Of a DNA stretch of 64,000 bases, positions 1-11,985 are shown in pieces; the first letter of the stretch is position 1, and each line of letters starts with the position of its first letter. This stretch comes from Yuukianura sp. NJ FZ-2021. Taxonomy: Eukaryota. Where the stretch lies: contig CM102290.1 of NCBI GenBank assembly GCA_046563655.1, positions 7,440,001 to 7,504,000 on the forward strand, read 5' to 3'. Position numbers and translations under genes: made by a program. The notes beneath the pieces were generated by a model. The model was not told the origin of the DNA. It worked only from the letters and a program-made list of their open reading frames with translations, and did not search any database.

Positions 1-2372
1 TTGTTAAGAGAGATTCGTAGGCTACTTTCGCCTCGTAGTCAGTGTTATCGTCACCCGTTTGCCAGTAATTAGTCTCACTTGGTTTGTTCTAAAACCAAAC
101 TATTGTTGAGCAATGTAAGAAAATTTGACATTTTTAAAAAATTGTCGTTTTTTTTTTAAATTATGACCTTGAAAAGCTCAATGTCTAAAAACGCCCAGTC
201 TCCATTTGTAAGCCCGTTTCGGTAGGCTTTGATCATAAATTCTCGAACTAAATTTTCTTGCAGGCTTAAAATCACAACTAACCAAATCGTACCAACAAAT
301 TAAAATTTTTGAAATCGTGAATTTTGGTTTTTTGTGCTTACTTCTCGCATGTTGTTTCATTTCGGAAATTGCATGTTCCATTTCAATTGCCACATGACCA
401 TCGATATCATGTGCAAAAACTTCATAGCCAAACTCCTTCATTCCGTTGATGACTGTCCGGCCTTTTAAAATTCGTCAATGCTGTAACCTCTTCTTAACTT
501 AAAATTTCTCAAGGCGTCTCGTCACTCACCGACAGTGAAAGAAAAAAGATCCGTTCGGTCATAAACTACTGCCAAATGCTTCCAGTTGTACTTGCGACAG
601 ATACTGTGGAATACCAGTTTGAGTCTACACTGGCAGTAACTCAGTCTAGTGAGGGTTGAAAATTTGGACTTGTCACCAAACACACCCTAAAGGTACACAT
701 CATAAAAATCACCTAGCTTTTGCAATTTCTTTGGAATCATAAATTTTTGCAACGCAACGCTTCTGAGAAGTGACACATTTTGTAGACAACAATTTAAAAA
801 ATTTTTATACGAACCTTGCTATTATTGACATCCATTTGATGTCCCAGGAGACGATCACCACTTATTTCACTTTCAGTTGACGGCGGCTGGATAAGAGCAA
901 GTTATTAAAAATTGGAAAAAAACGTTAAGTTTAAAAAAACGTACAACAAAAAAGGATTTTTTTTAGAAACTGATAAAATTATTGAGTTTTACGTTTAAAA
1001 AAAAGCAAAAATAACTAATAAACATTTTGAGTCTTTCACCTGATCTCCCAACCCCGTTACAATCTAAAGCAAATCATACTACAGATAAGTATGTAATTTT
1101 AGAAATTTGAAAATTTTTGGAAAAAGTGCTTAGTGTTTTATTAAAATTACAGGTATGTTCCAATAGGCAGCTAATCGTGCCACAGGCGACAACGCAAATC
1201 CACATGAAGGACCAATGAACGCAATAACGTTTGAGATAAACTTCATGTCAGCGGCCTTTCCTCCTGTTAAACTATCATCACAACTGGGGTAACTGCAGTA
1301 AAAATAAATAAGAACAAACTGAATTTCAATCTTGATTCCACAAATTTGTTATGACGCATTTTCCAATTTCTAAGAATTTCCATTCTACTGGCTCACTGCT
1401 AAGCTTTAAGTGAGTCTGAATTAATCAGTGAAGATGGGATTGAGTGTTTCAGAAGAAAACGGGCAAAGCCTAGTGAAAGCTGCATGGAATTTGCATGCAT
1501 TACAATAACAAACATTCTCATTCAAACTGCCTCAAATTCTGGAATCTAGTTTTTCAAATCAGAAGAAAGCATAGGAAGCATTGAAAGTTTTGTTGTCAAT
1601 TCCTTTCGGATAAGTTCCATTGTTTAGAGTTTCAATAAACTACCATGATGCTATAACGAGTGCAGTTTGATGGAATACCAAACAAACCTAAAATTGAAGC
1701 TCTCCAGCAATAAGATGCTGCTGGAACCACTTTCGATTATATAAATTTTCAAACAGCGCTGCATACTAAGTTAGGATTATCTTCTAAATTTCAGTGTTGA
1801 GAGTAGGCAGGGATGCTATGTCACACTTCAAAATGCCCTTAAGCCACCCACTTACTTGGAGGTGCAAAGTATCGCAGAAACATTGATTTTAAGTATGCAA
1901 CAGGTGGAAAATTCTGCGAAGTCATCAAGACTGCTGGAAGCGATCAATCTCTTTCAGTGAAAGTGCTTTCACTACTAATTTCAGTATTTTATGTAACAAA
2001 TATCGGTGAAAAGCTTTCAGCGTTGGTTTACCTGCTCTGAACTTTGTCCAGGATAATTCCATGTGGACTCATGTAAACTTCATTAATGTAGTCCAGGGCA
2101 AGGTCAACAGCCGGAGCACACTTTTCCAGATCAAAACTAGATCCAGTTCCAGAAACTAACAGAACGCCTACGTTGTAATGTACATAGTGATTGTGTCTCA
2201 AGTGAGGTGGAACTGTGAGGCGTTTGTAGTCCATTTCCAGAAATGGGTTGTGGGTTGTGCCATGGGTCATTCCGTGTCCCCCCGTCAGAGGCAAGGTCAA
2301 GGTCAACAGTAGCCAGAAGATCACGAGACCGGAAAGTCGCCAATTGCCAACTCTCCCTATTGCACTACTCAT
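1..2372 (-). CDS. Natriuretic peptide receptor / receptor guanylyl cyclase-like protein, N-terminal part (signal peptide + ANF-receptor extracellular domain); 3' end lies outside the window
   Basis: ATG at 2372 gives MSSAIG...LVIFWLLLTLTLPLTGG (signal peptide). Spliced exons ~2372-2032, ~1292-1151, 1063-1040, 886-815, 686-530, ~461-342, ~278-169 and 88-1 translate to FDLEKCAPAVDLALDYIN, IAFIGPSCGFALSPVARLAAYWNIP, IVTGLGDQ, FSTLTRLSYCQC, VREFMIKAYRNGLTNGDWAFLDIELFK and WQTGDDNTDYEAKVAYESL, typical of the ANF_receptor domain. Confidence 0.85.
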
Positions 2373-3920
2373 TGTCACAGCACTACTGTCTTCTTGGTAT
2401 GCAGCGGAAGAAAGCAAGCGTCTACTTGAACTTCCAAAGGGAGAAAGACGACCATCGGCCAACTTTCTCCCGATTTGAAGGCTCCAGTGGTGTTGGGGAG
2501 AAAGTGTGACATGAGTAGATGCTTATCCGGAGGTTCCAGAATTCCAGAAGAAACGTTTGGGTACTGTTACTACTTTGGACAAAGCTACCCAAGGATGCAA
2601 GGACTTGTGAACTAGATCTACCCGGATGATGCGGATTAGTCTCTCCTACTCATAAAATGGAACCGTTTCAACTTCAACCAAGCGGAACCACCGACACACT
2701 AGTCCTTCTGTTTCAAAACTATTTCTGCATCCGAATTTCAAAGCATTTTCATTCTTCCTTGTAAACAAGTTTTATGCTTGTCTTGTCTTACAAAAAAAAA
2801 CAATTGCAGACAAAGGCTTGAAGTTCTGAGAAAGACTTTCCGTGACAGTTCAAATAATTTTGATTCTTCTAATTTTTAGTAAAACTACCAAAAGTTGGAA
2901 CTGCGTTTGAATTATAAAGCATTTTTTTCCAATTGGCGTTGGAAACATTTTGTTAAAGTTTTATTGCTGTAGCTCAACACCATCCTTAAACTTTATGTTC
3001 GGAATTGGAAATCCGTTGAGCGTCTCCTGGGAATCTGTTTAACTATTTCTATGGGTATGCTATGTACTCAGCACGAAAAGAGAAAGTGGGCGAAAATTGG
3101 CTATAATTTTGTATGCTGAATGCGTATGGAAAATGCCTACAAAATTATAGTTAAAAAAAAATTCTGAACAGAATAAGAAGGCACAGAAAATGTAATGTGA
3201 TACAAATGTTCTCCATTGTCTGCATTCTGCAATTTTTTTTCCAAATTTGCTGATTTAATTTGGAATATAATGAATTTTAGTACGTGTTAGAGACTAAAAT
3301 CGGACGTTGATCACTGAGGTTTCATTTTTGTATTAAGTGTATAGTTAGCCCCTAAGTTTGGAAAACAAACACAACATGAGTTAATTAAACTGGTTTAGGC
3401 CATTTGCAGGTTCTTGAATTTTTGTTGTTAGTTCTGACCAACATTGTTCAAAATTTTGTCTAAAATTGATATGTGAAGAAATAAGTATGAAGCCGAAACA
3501 ACATGCTTTAAATTGAAAAACTAGATGAATTTCAAAAGTTCAAAAAAACTTTTCCACTAAAGTCAGTTTCGACGGCTAACGTAAGTTAGTTGTAGGCGTG
3601 ACTTTAATTTTTAATGTACTTAAAAACTAACAAATCAACACAATGACTGGTACGCCTATCCTGGTGGTGTTTTCGATCAGGTTTCAAGTGTTTAATGAAG
3701 TGTGTCAGATTACCAAAAGTCATTAACTGGTAAGCCATACTTGTTTTAACTGAATTTAAAATTTGCACAAAGTTCGTTGACCCCACGCCCTCGTCAAAAT
3801 TATATTGACGCCCACTTAGTTATAATTCAAGCATTCGGGAATAACAAAGTATTTGTGAGATAATCGTTTATTTGTATTTAGTCAGTCGTCTGCTTCTGTT
3901 AGATTACAAGGTGCAAAGCC

Positions 3921-3930
3921 TATATAAATA
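3921..3930 (+). promoter_or_regulatory. Putative TATA box of the alpha-mannosidase gene
   Basis: TATATAAATA ~225 nt upstream of the ATG, followed ~30 nt later by AGTT and a probable short 5'UTR exon/intron (donor GTAATT near 3963). Confidence 0.45.
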
Positions 3931-4146
3931 TCCTAAAAGTCAGGCGAGAGTTACTTGTTGAAGTAATTAATTTTTTAAGTAAAAGCGAGCTTGATATTGT
4001 TCATAAAACTCATATTGTCCGAACCAAGTAAGGCTTCGCTTGGCTTGTTTGGTGAGAAATTTCAATTTTAGAAGCGGGAAACAAAGTAAACAAACTGTTC
4101 GCTGTCCTTAGTCCTTGTCAGCAGTGGGATAAAAAGGCACAGGAAG

Positions 4147-7100
4147 ATGTCGTCGAATCTGAATGCTGTCGCCCCAATTCATAAAAATCGATCGACGACA
4201 TTAGGAAGAATCAATAACTACATCTCAAAGGACAGTTTGTTCAAGAGTACAAATCTCTCCAGTCGGTTGTACTCCCAAGTCCTGCCAATTACAGGTAAAG
4301 TTGTATGATCATTTCTATAAATATGCTGATAGTACATAGTTTATCAATTCTAAAAGATTTGTGCATAATTTTTGTTGATGTTTTTTAGATATCGAAGTTT
4401 GGAGTTTGCCCGGAGGAGCTGGTGCATGGCAAAATTATACGTTTGACCAGATTACGCAACAACAGTATACTGCCACTCAGACTGGAACAACGTATGGACC
4501 AACATGGACTACACATTGGTTTCGAATTCATATACAAATCCCTCCAGAGTGGGAGGGGCAAGAAGTTCATTTCAGATGGTACACTGGATCAGAAGCGACA
4601 CTTTGGAACACGGCGGGGGACGTGCTTCAGGTAATATATTTTCTAAGAGACGAAGTTCGGTTTTGTTCATGAAACGTTTATTCTATTGTCCCTGTTTAGG
4701 GCTTAAGTCCGGGCTATCGAGAGGAGTTCATTTTGACCACCAGCTACGTTCCCGGAGGCCCAACGACGTACTACGTTGAAATGGCATGCAATGCAATGTT
4801 TGGAGCTGGTGCTGGAGGGGATGGATCTATAGGTAGATTTTCCCTGGGACCTTTCAAGGACGAACGTAACTTTTGTTAAATTGTCATTTTAGAACCGCCG
4901 CTTGAAAACAAATACTATACGTTGGAGAGGGTAGAAATTGCAGTGTTTGATCGAGCCATTTTTAAACTGTCCACAGACCTGGAGATGCTTTATCAAATGG
5001 CTGACAAGCTTGGCGAAACTCATATAGGGTATCAGGTAAATGACACCATAGCTTATATTAAATGTGTGTGAACATCATTGACTGAATGATGTTGACAATG
5101 TTGATTTATTTTAGGCAATGTTTGCCGGAAATGAAATGGTTAACAAAATGATCATGGGGCAAAACACGTACTCCTTATACCAATAAAAACATATTTTTAT
5201 CAAATCAGGTATTAGTGGCAATTAACCTATTCGATATGTTGCTTTTAGGGAAGCCGGGGAAATTGCGGACGGATTCTTTGCAGAGGGAACCGGAATCAAG
5301 GCTCATAAGTTAATTTCGATGGGTCATTGCCACATTGACACCGCCTGGTATGTTCCATGTTTGACTATACAAATTCTGAATTTAGCCGTACTTACGACCA
5401 GGTTAACTTTGCTTCCAGGCTTTGGCCGTACAGCGAAACGATTCGGAAATGTGCTCGAAGTTGGTCTGCTCAAATTCGCCTGCTGAATGAATACAACGAT
5501 GCCTATTTTGCTTGTTCACAGGTGATATTTCTCGATGCACTTTGGTTACTTAATGTTTACGGATGATTTACTATTAATTGTACTACTTTCAGGCTGTCCA
5601 GTATGCGTGGATGAAACAATGGTATCCTGGATTTTATGCGGAATTACAGGAAGCAGTGTCGGCTGGTAGATTTGTCCCCGTAAGTTCTACAATCCATACG
5701 CTTTTAACATAAACTTACTAAGGTTTTTCCATTTCCAGGTTGGAGGTACTTGGGTAGAAATGGACGGCAACATGCCCAGCGGCGAATCCTTCCTTCGACA
5801 ATTCTTCTATGGCCAGCGATATTTTCAGCAAGAATTCGGAATTACTTGCACCGAGTTTTGGCTTCCAGATACTTTCGGTTATTCGGCACAAATTCCGCAA
5901 ATCATAAAGGTAAAAATGACTATGAGAGAATGGAGCTGAATTCCTGTTGACAATTCGAGAGTAATCTCTGATTTTTTTTTTAAATATTTTCCTTACAGCA
6001 TGTTGGGATCAATCGCTTCATGACCCAGAAGATGAGCTGGAACCAAGTGAACAAGATGCCGAATCACAGTTTCAAGTGGGAGGTACGAATTTAAACAAAT
6101 GTAGGAAACTTATGAATGTCTCCTCTGAACACTGGTTGTTTCAGGGCATCGATGGATCGGAAGTCTTGGTACATTTCCCTCCAGGAAATACCTACAATGC
6201 AAATGGAAAGTAAGGGGACCTAACCATTGCGTTGCTTGTATGGATAAAATGTGATACTTAATTTAATATTTTCAGCGTCGATGAAGTATTGTTGTCTCAG
6301 AACAATTCCGAAGACAAAGGGCGAGCAAACGTTGGAATGTATTTGTACGGGTATGTTTGTCTCAGAATTTATCACACAGCTTAAGGGCAATCGTGAACGA
6401 GTGAACACGTTTATGAACCGTTTTTTAACAGGTATGGTGACGGTGGTGGTGGTCCAACCCGTAATATGATTGAACGTCAGCGTCGGATTCGAAATGTGGA
6501 CGGCGTGCCAAAGTAATTAACCCTTATCAAATATTTGAATGATATTTGAGTATAACTTGAGACGTTTGTGTTTGAAAATTCAGGGTAGAGTTCAACTCGC
6601 CCGAAGTTTTTTGGCAAACGTTGGAATTGGAATCAAGCAAACTATACAGGCAACGAATTTACACCACAAAGCACACAAAATTATGCTGCAAATGAACGAA
6701 GTATTGTTTGTATTGTGACTGTGAATTTTAACCTTGCTTTAGATGGGTGGGTGAGCTTTTTCTGGAACTCCACAATGGAACTTATACAAGCCAAGCCAAA
6801 ATCAAATGGTACAACAGGAAATGTGAATTTCTGTTCCAAGAAATGGAATTCTTGATGACAAACGCTTATGCAACAGGAAAGGTTACCGAAGCTGTTCTCC
6901 GAGCGTAAGTTACTCCGTGTAGTAAAGTACCCAATAAATTCCCTACTTAATAAGTAGTAAAATACTACGTGCTCTTTTAATCTTTCTGATTCTATAGGGA
7001 CATTGAAGTTGTGGACAATTGCTGGAAGGACTGCATGCTGAACCAGTTTCATGATGGTACAGAAACGACTCACTTTATTAATACTACTTACTCCTTTGGT

Positions 7101-9401
7101 TTTTGCAGAAATCTCACATCGCCCCAACCCATTCGAAATTCTTTGAACGATAAAAGAAAGTAGATAACTAAAAAAAAGTTAAAAATATTTAAAATGAATT
7201 TAAAGACGAATTTAAAAAAGCGGAAAGCATTCATAATTGACTTTTTAGTTTTTTAAATGTAATTTCTTAAATTAATTTGAAATATTTTAAACTTTGTTAA
7301 TTATTTTGTTCAATCCCGAGTGTAGTTGGGGCGATATGAGATTTCTGCAAAAACGTTCGTTTTTTTCTCGCTGATCACTCAGTAGAAAAACCCCTGTTTT
7401 TTCAGGTTAGGTTGCTAGGACTAGTAGAGAGCGTTTGAAATCGGAAATGATTTATAATTTTCTGTAGTTTTACCGGGATCCTGCATTGAGCTGATTGTAA
7501 CCGATGCCTGGGCCCTGTATGAACAAATTTTCACCACGATAATGCAACTTCGGAATGTGTATCATGGCTACATTCTCGGAACTGGAACTGATGCTCTTGT
7601 CTCCTACAATCCTTTGGCCTGGAACGTCAAGTCTGTGATTTTCAACAGCCCCGACACCGGAACTGGAATTCCGGATGGTCCCAATGTACAGGAAGTGGAG
7701 ATGGCGAGTACTCCATTTGAAGAATCGGTAGAAGGGAGGTATCGAATTCCCAGCAACTTCAAGGCGGCGCTGGTTCAGCTCAGTCCCTCCGGCTACAGTG
7801 AAGTGACTCCAATTGCTCCGACTAACCCAATATCTTATGCCGGTATTTAAACTTAATCAACAACATTGGTAGTTTATTCACAATCATGTTTATGTTGTTT
7901 CTAGCTGGACAATTTGTGAGCGGACCTCTCCAGTTACAAGTTGCGCAAACTGGATTGCCTTTTGAGCAGTTATTCTACACAAAAGCAGATGGGCAACAAG
8001 AAGCTGTGTTCAGCGACTTTGGCAACACAAACACCGAGCCTGCGATGCTTTACATCTATGATGATGTTCCTCTGTTCTGGTATGAGCTATAGAAATACAA
8101 GAAACATTGGAGTACGTTCTCGGTGAACTAATCGGTTGAATTATTTAGGGACGCCTGGGATATTGCTGACTACCATATGGAAACAAAGGCATTACCAAAC
8201 TTCAGCGGATTTGGAAACATTGAAGTGTTTGCGAACGGTCCAATAGTTGGTGGTTACAAATGGAGTGCCAATTTTGGCAACGGAAGTTCACTGACTCGTT
8301 ACACAATACTGCGAGCTGATTCTCCAATGGTAAGAGAAAAGTGCAGTGCAGTCATCGTTGATAATCCTAAATGGGAATGTCAAATCTTAGGTGGAGTATT
8401 TCCTTGATGTGGATTGGAGGGAAAATCATAAACTTCTGAAAGTTGAATTTCCCATGAACGTACTCTCCCGAGAGGCCGCTTTTGAAATCCAGGTGAAATT
8501 TCGAAAGTACTAAACAAGGTTTTCATGGAGTAATTTTGGGAATTCCCTTTTGATTTAGTTTGGGCATATCAAGAGAAATACGCACATCAACACTTCCTGG
8601 GACTGGGCTAAGTATGAAGTGTGCGGGCATAAGTGAGTCCAAGATGGCTAAACTTAAATGTTTACTTCAAACAGAATGTCTATCATTGCCTAAACTGGTT
8701 TCACATTTATCTTATAGGTGGGTTGACATCAGCCAGGCAGACAAAGGAGTTACGCTGATCACCGATTCAAAATATGGATTCAGCGTTCGGGGCAATGTGA
8801 GAAATGAAATCCCTAAATTCTTTGCATCAAAAATGTTGAAATTAGTACGAAACTCTTCTGTCCTAGGTTGTGAAGCTGTCGCTTTTAAAGGCTCCAAAGA
8901 ACCCTGATGCCAATTGTGATATTCACAGACATTACATTCACTACGCCATTTTACCCCATGAAGGAACATTTCAAGAAGCGGAAGTAATTCGTCGTGCGTA
9001 TGAACTTAACTACTTCTCAGCAAATAACGTTCCAGTCCTTTCAGCACCGTCGGGATTTTCCAGTTCTTGGGTAACTGTGGACCATCCTGCTGTGGTCGTA
9101 GGAGCTGTCAAACCGGCACATGATGTTATCGATGCACTTGTCGTTCGACTGTTTGAGAGTCATGGTGGAAGCGCCCGGGCAAGGTGAGAAAACAGTATTT
9201 TCGCTATTCCATTTACGTTCTCACGCATTAACTATGTTTAACAGAGTCCAGTTCGGATTCCCTGTAACTAAGGTGGAGCCATGCAATGGACTCGAGACGT
9301 CCCTCGGACCTGAAATTCCATTAACTAACAATGGATTTCAGACGGATTTCAACCCGTTTAAAGTTCAGAGCTTTCTGGTTACATTTGGCGCTGCCAAATA
9401 A
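4147..9401 (+). CDS. MAN2C1: Cytosolic alpha-mannosidase 2C1-like (GH38), multi-exon
   Basis: Exons encode [137 protein letters not shown] and [10 protein letters not shown]. These are hallmark GH38/MAN2C1 motifs. Stop TAA at 9399-9401. Confidence 0.93.
7099..7354. mobile_element. MITE-like inverted-repeat element in a mannosidase intron
   Basis: 30-bp inverted repeats GTTTTTGCAGAAATCTCACATCGCCCCAAC (7099-7128) and its reverse complement (7325-7354, 1 mismatch) around an AT-rich core. The host intron is ~410 nt versus ~60 nt for its neighbours. Confidence 0.7.
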
Positions 9402-9673
9402 GCCTAGGCAAAACTTGGATTATGTGTTGATTAGTTTAGTTTCACGTTAAATTGATTTCTGACGCAGATGTGAATCATATTTTAAAATAACGGGGTCCAT
9501 CGCTTTAACGTCTATGTGAGTTCTAATGTTCAGTCGCTTATACTTCAATTCAATTTTATTCACTTTGCCCCATTCTTTCGAAAATATACTAATTGTATCA
9601 ATAACGCATTAAATTAATAAAGTAGAAGTCAGTATTTTCAACGAAGTAAATCCGATTTTGAAACTAATAAGTG

Positions 9674-10426
9674 TCAAAAAACATCACCTTCCTCAAGAGC
9701 ATCGTCCTCACTGAGATAGCCTTCGCCATTGTCAAAGTAGTCGTTCATATAGTCATTCCCTTCATCCATTTCTTCATCTACTTCATCCTCATCCTCGTCG
9801 TCTCCATCTGCAATGTCTGGGTCCATAGATTTCGCGGCATTTTTCAGTTCCAAGTTCTCAGCCTGTGTCGGGTCAAGCTGCGCCAACTTGCGCTTCTTTT
9901 CACTGCTAGGTTCGTCATCTGACTCGGAATTCCGCTTCTGTTCTTTAACCGTATATTTCTCCAGGATTTCCTTGGTATCAACCACCTTTTCAACTTTGAC
10001 GGCCTGTAGCTTGTCGGATTTTGTAGAAAGCTCTTTAGGAAAGAACTTTTTGTCGAGGACGTAGTGCAAATTTGGTTGTACCTTCAGCGGGTGTTCGTAA
10101 GCGTCTGTATACCTAGGGACGTCAAATGCCGATCTGGTTACTTGGAGATTTATCGCGTAGTTACTCTTGAGGTACTTGTTGAAGTGAAGAAAGTCTGGGG
10201 CAAGGCAGGTTGTATTAACATCTAAATAGTCGTAGGCGGTTCCGTCGCAATATTCAGGGTAAAGTGGTGGAAGAACTGGTCGAACCATATCCATCGGTAC
10301 CGAGTCTGGAGTTGTGGTCTTGACCCCAGGAACTGGGCCTGCTTGTGGCTTTGATACGTTCGGTCCACCTCCTCTACCTCTTCCACCACGAGCCGGAAAA
10401 CCTCCCCTTCCACGTCCACGATTCAT
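9674..10426 (-). CDS. POLR3G: RNA polymerase III subunit RPC7/RPC31-like (250 aa, intronless CDS)
   Basis: ATG 10426 starts MNRGRGRGG. Contains PPLYP, RYTDAY, FFPKEL and an acidic tail DEEMDEGNDYMNDYFDNGEGY...DVF, characteristic of the RPC31/POLR3G family. Confidence 0.85.
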   Translation of the reverse strand: MNRGRGRGGFPARGGRGRGGGPNVSKPQAGPVPGVKTTTPDSVPMDMVRPVLPPLYPEYCDGTAYDYLDVNTTCLAPDFLHFNKYLKSNYAINLQVTRSAFDVPRYTDAYEHPLKVQPNLHYVLDKKFFPKELSTKSDKLQAVKVEKVVDTKEILEKYTVKEQKRNSESDDEPSSEKKRKLAQLDPTQAENLELKNAAKSMDPDIADGDDEDEDEVDEEMDEGNDYMNDYFDNGEGYLSEDDALEEGDVF

Positions 10427-10502
10427 TGTAATTGATAATTGAAACTTGATTGATGACTTCAACTTCCGTATCCTTATTACTATTGACCGATGGTGAATTA
10501 GT

Positions 10503-10824
10503 TCATGCGGTAATCGCCATTTGTCCGACGGTTTGTGTTGTCGAGTCTGCTCCGTTTGAGAACTGATCCGCGTCGTAGATGACTTTCAACAACAGCGTGC
10601 AACTAGGACATGTAGCAACATCTTCGCCGTTCTCCAAGTCCTCCTAAAACAAAGCAAATATTAGTTTTTCATATATCGTCAATCACCTAACAACGATATC
10701 TCACAACATAAATTACCTTTGTAATTTCAAATCGATCACCACAGGGGCAAGGGTAATAATAGGTCTCGGTGTCCTCGTCCCAATCAAAATCCTCAATTTC
10801 TATTTCGTCGTAGTACGAAGTCAT
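10503..10824 (-). CDS. DPH3: Diphthamide biosynthesis protein 3 (CSL zinc finger), 82 aa, 2 coding exons (10824-10717, 10643-10503); absent from the ORF track
   Basis: Translation [64 protein letters not shown]...AITA*, with a canonical GT-AG intron and the CPCG...CPSC motifs. Confidence 0.95.
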
Positions 10825-10829
10825 CCCCT

Positions 10830-11069
10830 ACTATGTGTTAGCCAATTTCACTTGCGTCGCAAGGTTTGAAATAAAATACTAAATACAACCTATCAATCAG
10901 TTCAGCGAAATTGATTGACGAAATTACAATTACCCTAACGTAAACCTCGCGAACTATGTGTTAGCCAATTTCACTTGCGTCGCAAGGTTTGAAATAAAAT
11001 ACTACAAAACCTATCAATAAGTTCAGCGAAATTGATTGACGAAATTACAATCAAGCGTAAACCTCGCGA
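10830..11069. repeat. ~123-bp tandem duplication directly upstream of the DPH3 start codon
   Basis: CTATGTGTTAGCCAATTTCACTTGCGTCGCAAGGTTTGAAATAAAATACTA...GTAAACCTCGCGA starts at 10831 and again at 10954, nearly identical. Confidence 0.92.
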
Positions 11070-11354
11070 CTCAACTAAACTACCGTCTAGTCTACTGTTC
11101 ACGGCCACGTGAGTCGGAGACGGAGATGAATCGGAAAGTCGCAAAAATGATATTTCAAAATTCCCGCGATTGATTTTTACCTCTCGTGGGTTACGAAAAA
11201 AGAGGATATATTATGAGGGGAGATCGACTGCTTTTCAACACGATTTGCTGTAAGTTTTTTTTTAACAAATACAAAAATTACTTGCAGCAAATCGAGACGT
11301 CGAAAATAGCTTGCAGAAAATGTTAATCTCAACACTTTCTGCAAGCTTTTTTCT

Positions 11355-11521
11355 TGCAGAAAACCGAGGCCTTGTTATAAAAAGGCTTGCGGAGAATCGA
11401 GCCGCCGTTATAAAAAGCTTACGAAGAATAGAGCCGCTGTTATAAGAGACTTGCGGGGAATCGAGCCGCTGTTATGAGCACATTGGAAAGAATCGTGACG
11501 TTGTTATAATAAGAAGCTTGC
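11355..11521. repeat. Degenerate ~31-bp minisatellite (~5 copies)
   Basis: A unit close to GAATCGAGCCGCTGTTATAAAAAGCTTGCGG repeats with substitutions and without unique spacers. Confidence 0.8.
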
Positions 11522-11669
11522 TCGGTTTTTTTTGCACTGAAACATACGCCCCATTTTGTTTGGGGGGTTATGTATGTCTCAAGTGTTTTCATTAAGTCTA
11601 CATTGCACTCAAAATTCACTTTTACAATTGCTTTTGTAGGACTTGGCATTTTGAATAACTCAGCTGAAC

Positions 11670-11985
11670 TTCATGCGTACTCTACCGTCTCGAAGAGTAG
11701 GTCTCGTGAAAAATTCACTTGTTCTCTAACTTTTTTAAGTGGCAAAATTTTGAAAAATTCACTTTTACACTTACTTTTGGAGGATTTAGAATTTTGAAAA
11801 ATTTAGCTGAAATTCAACTTTTCGATGTATTTCACTGACGGAAAATTCACGCATACGCTACCGTCTCGAAATTTTGGATTCGTGAAAAATCCCCCGGTTT
11901 TCTAACATTTTGACATGGCAAAATTTTGAAAATTCACTTTTACGTTTACTATTCGAGAATTTAGAATTTTGAAAAATTCAGCTTA
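11670..11985. repeat. Two diverged ~177-bp direct repeats
   Basis: CTACCGTCTCGAA...TCGTGAAAAAT...TGGCAAAATTTTGAAAA(A)TTCACTTTTAC...ATTTAGAATTTTGAAAAATT occurs at ~11682 and ~11858. Confidence 0.75.

Noticed and set aside
9671..10064. Plus-strand ORFs 9671-9922 and 9813-10064
   Set aside because: Antisense shadows of the acidic, codon-biased RPC7 CDS, with no recognisable motifs.
10427..10505. DPH3-RPC7 fusion by stop-codon readthrough
   Set aside because: The spacer is 76 nt, so readthrough enters a different frame from RPC7 and stops shortly after.
11355..11521. ~31-bp repeats as a possible CRISPR array
   Set aside because: Units are contiguous and degenerate with no unique spacers, there are no cas genes, and the context is eukaryotic.
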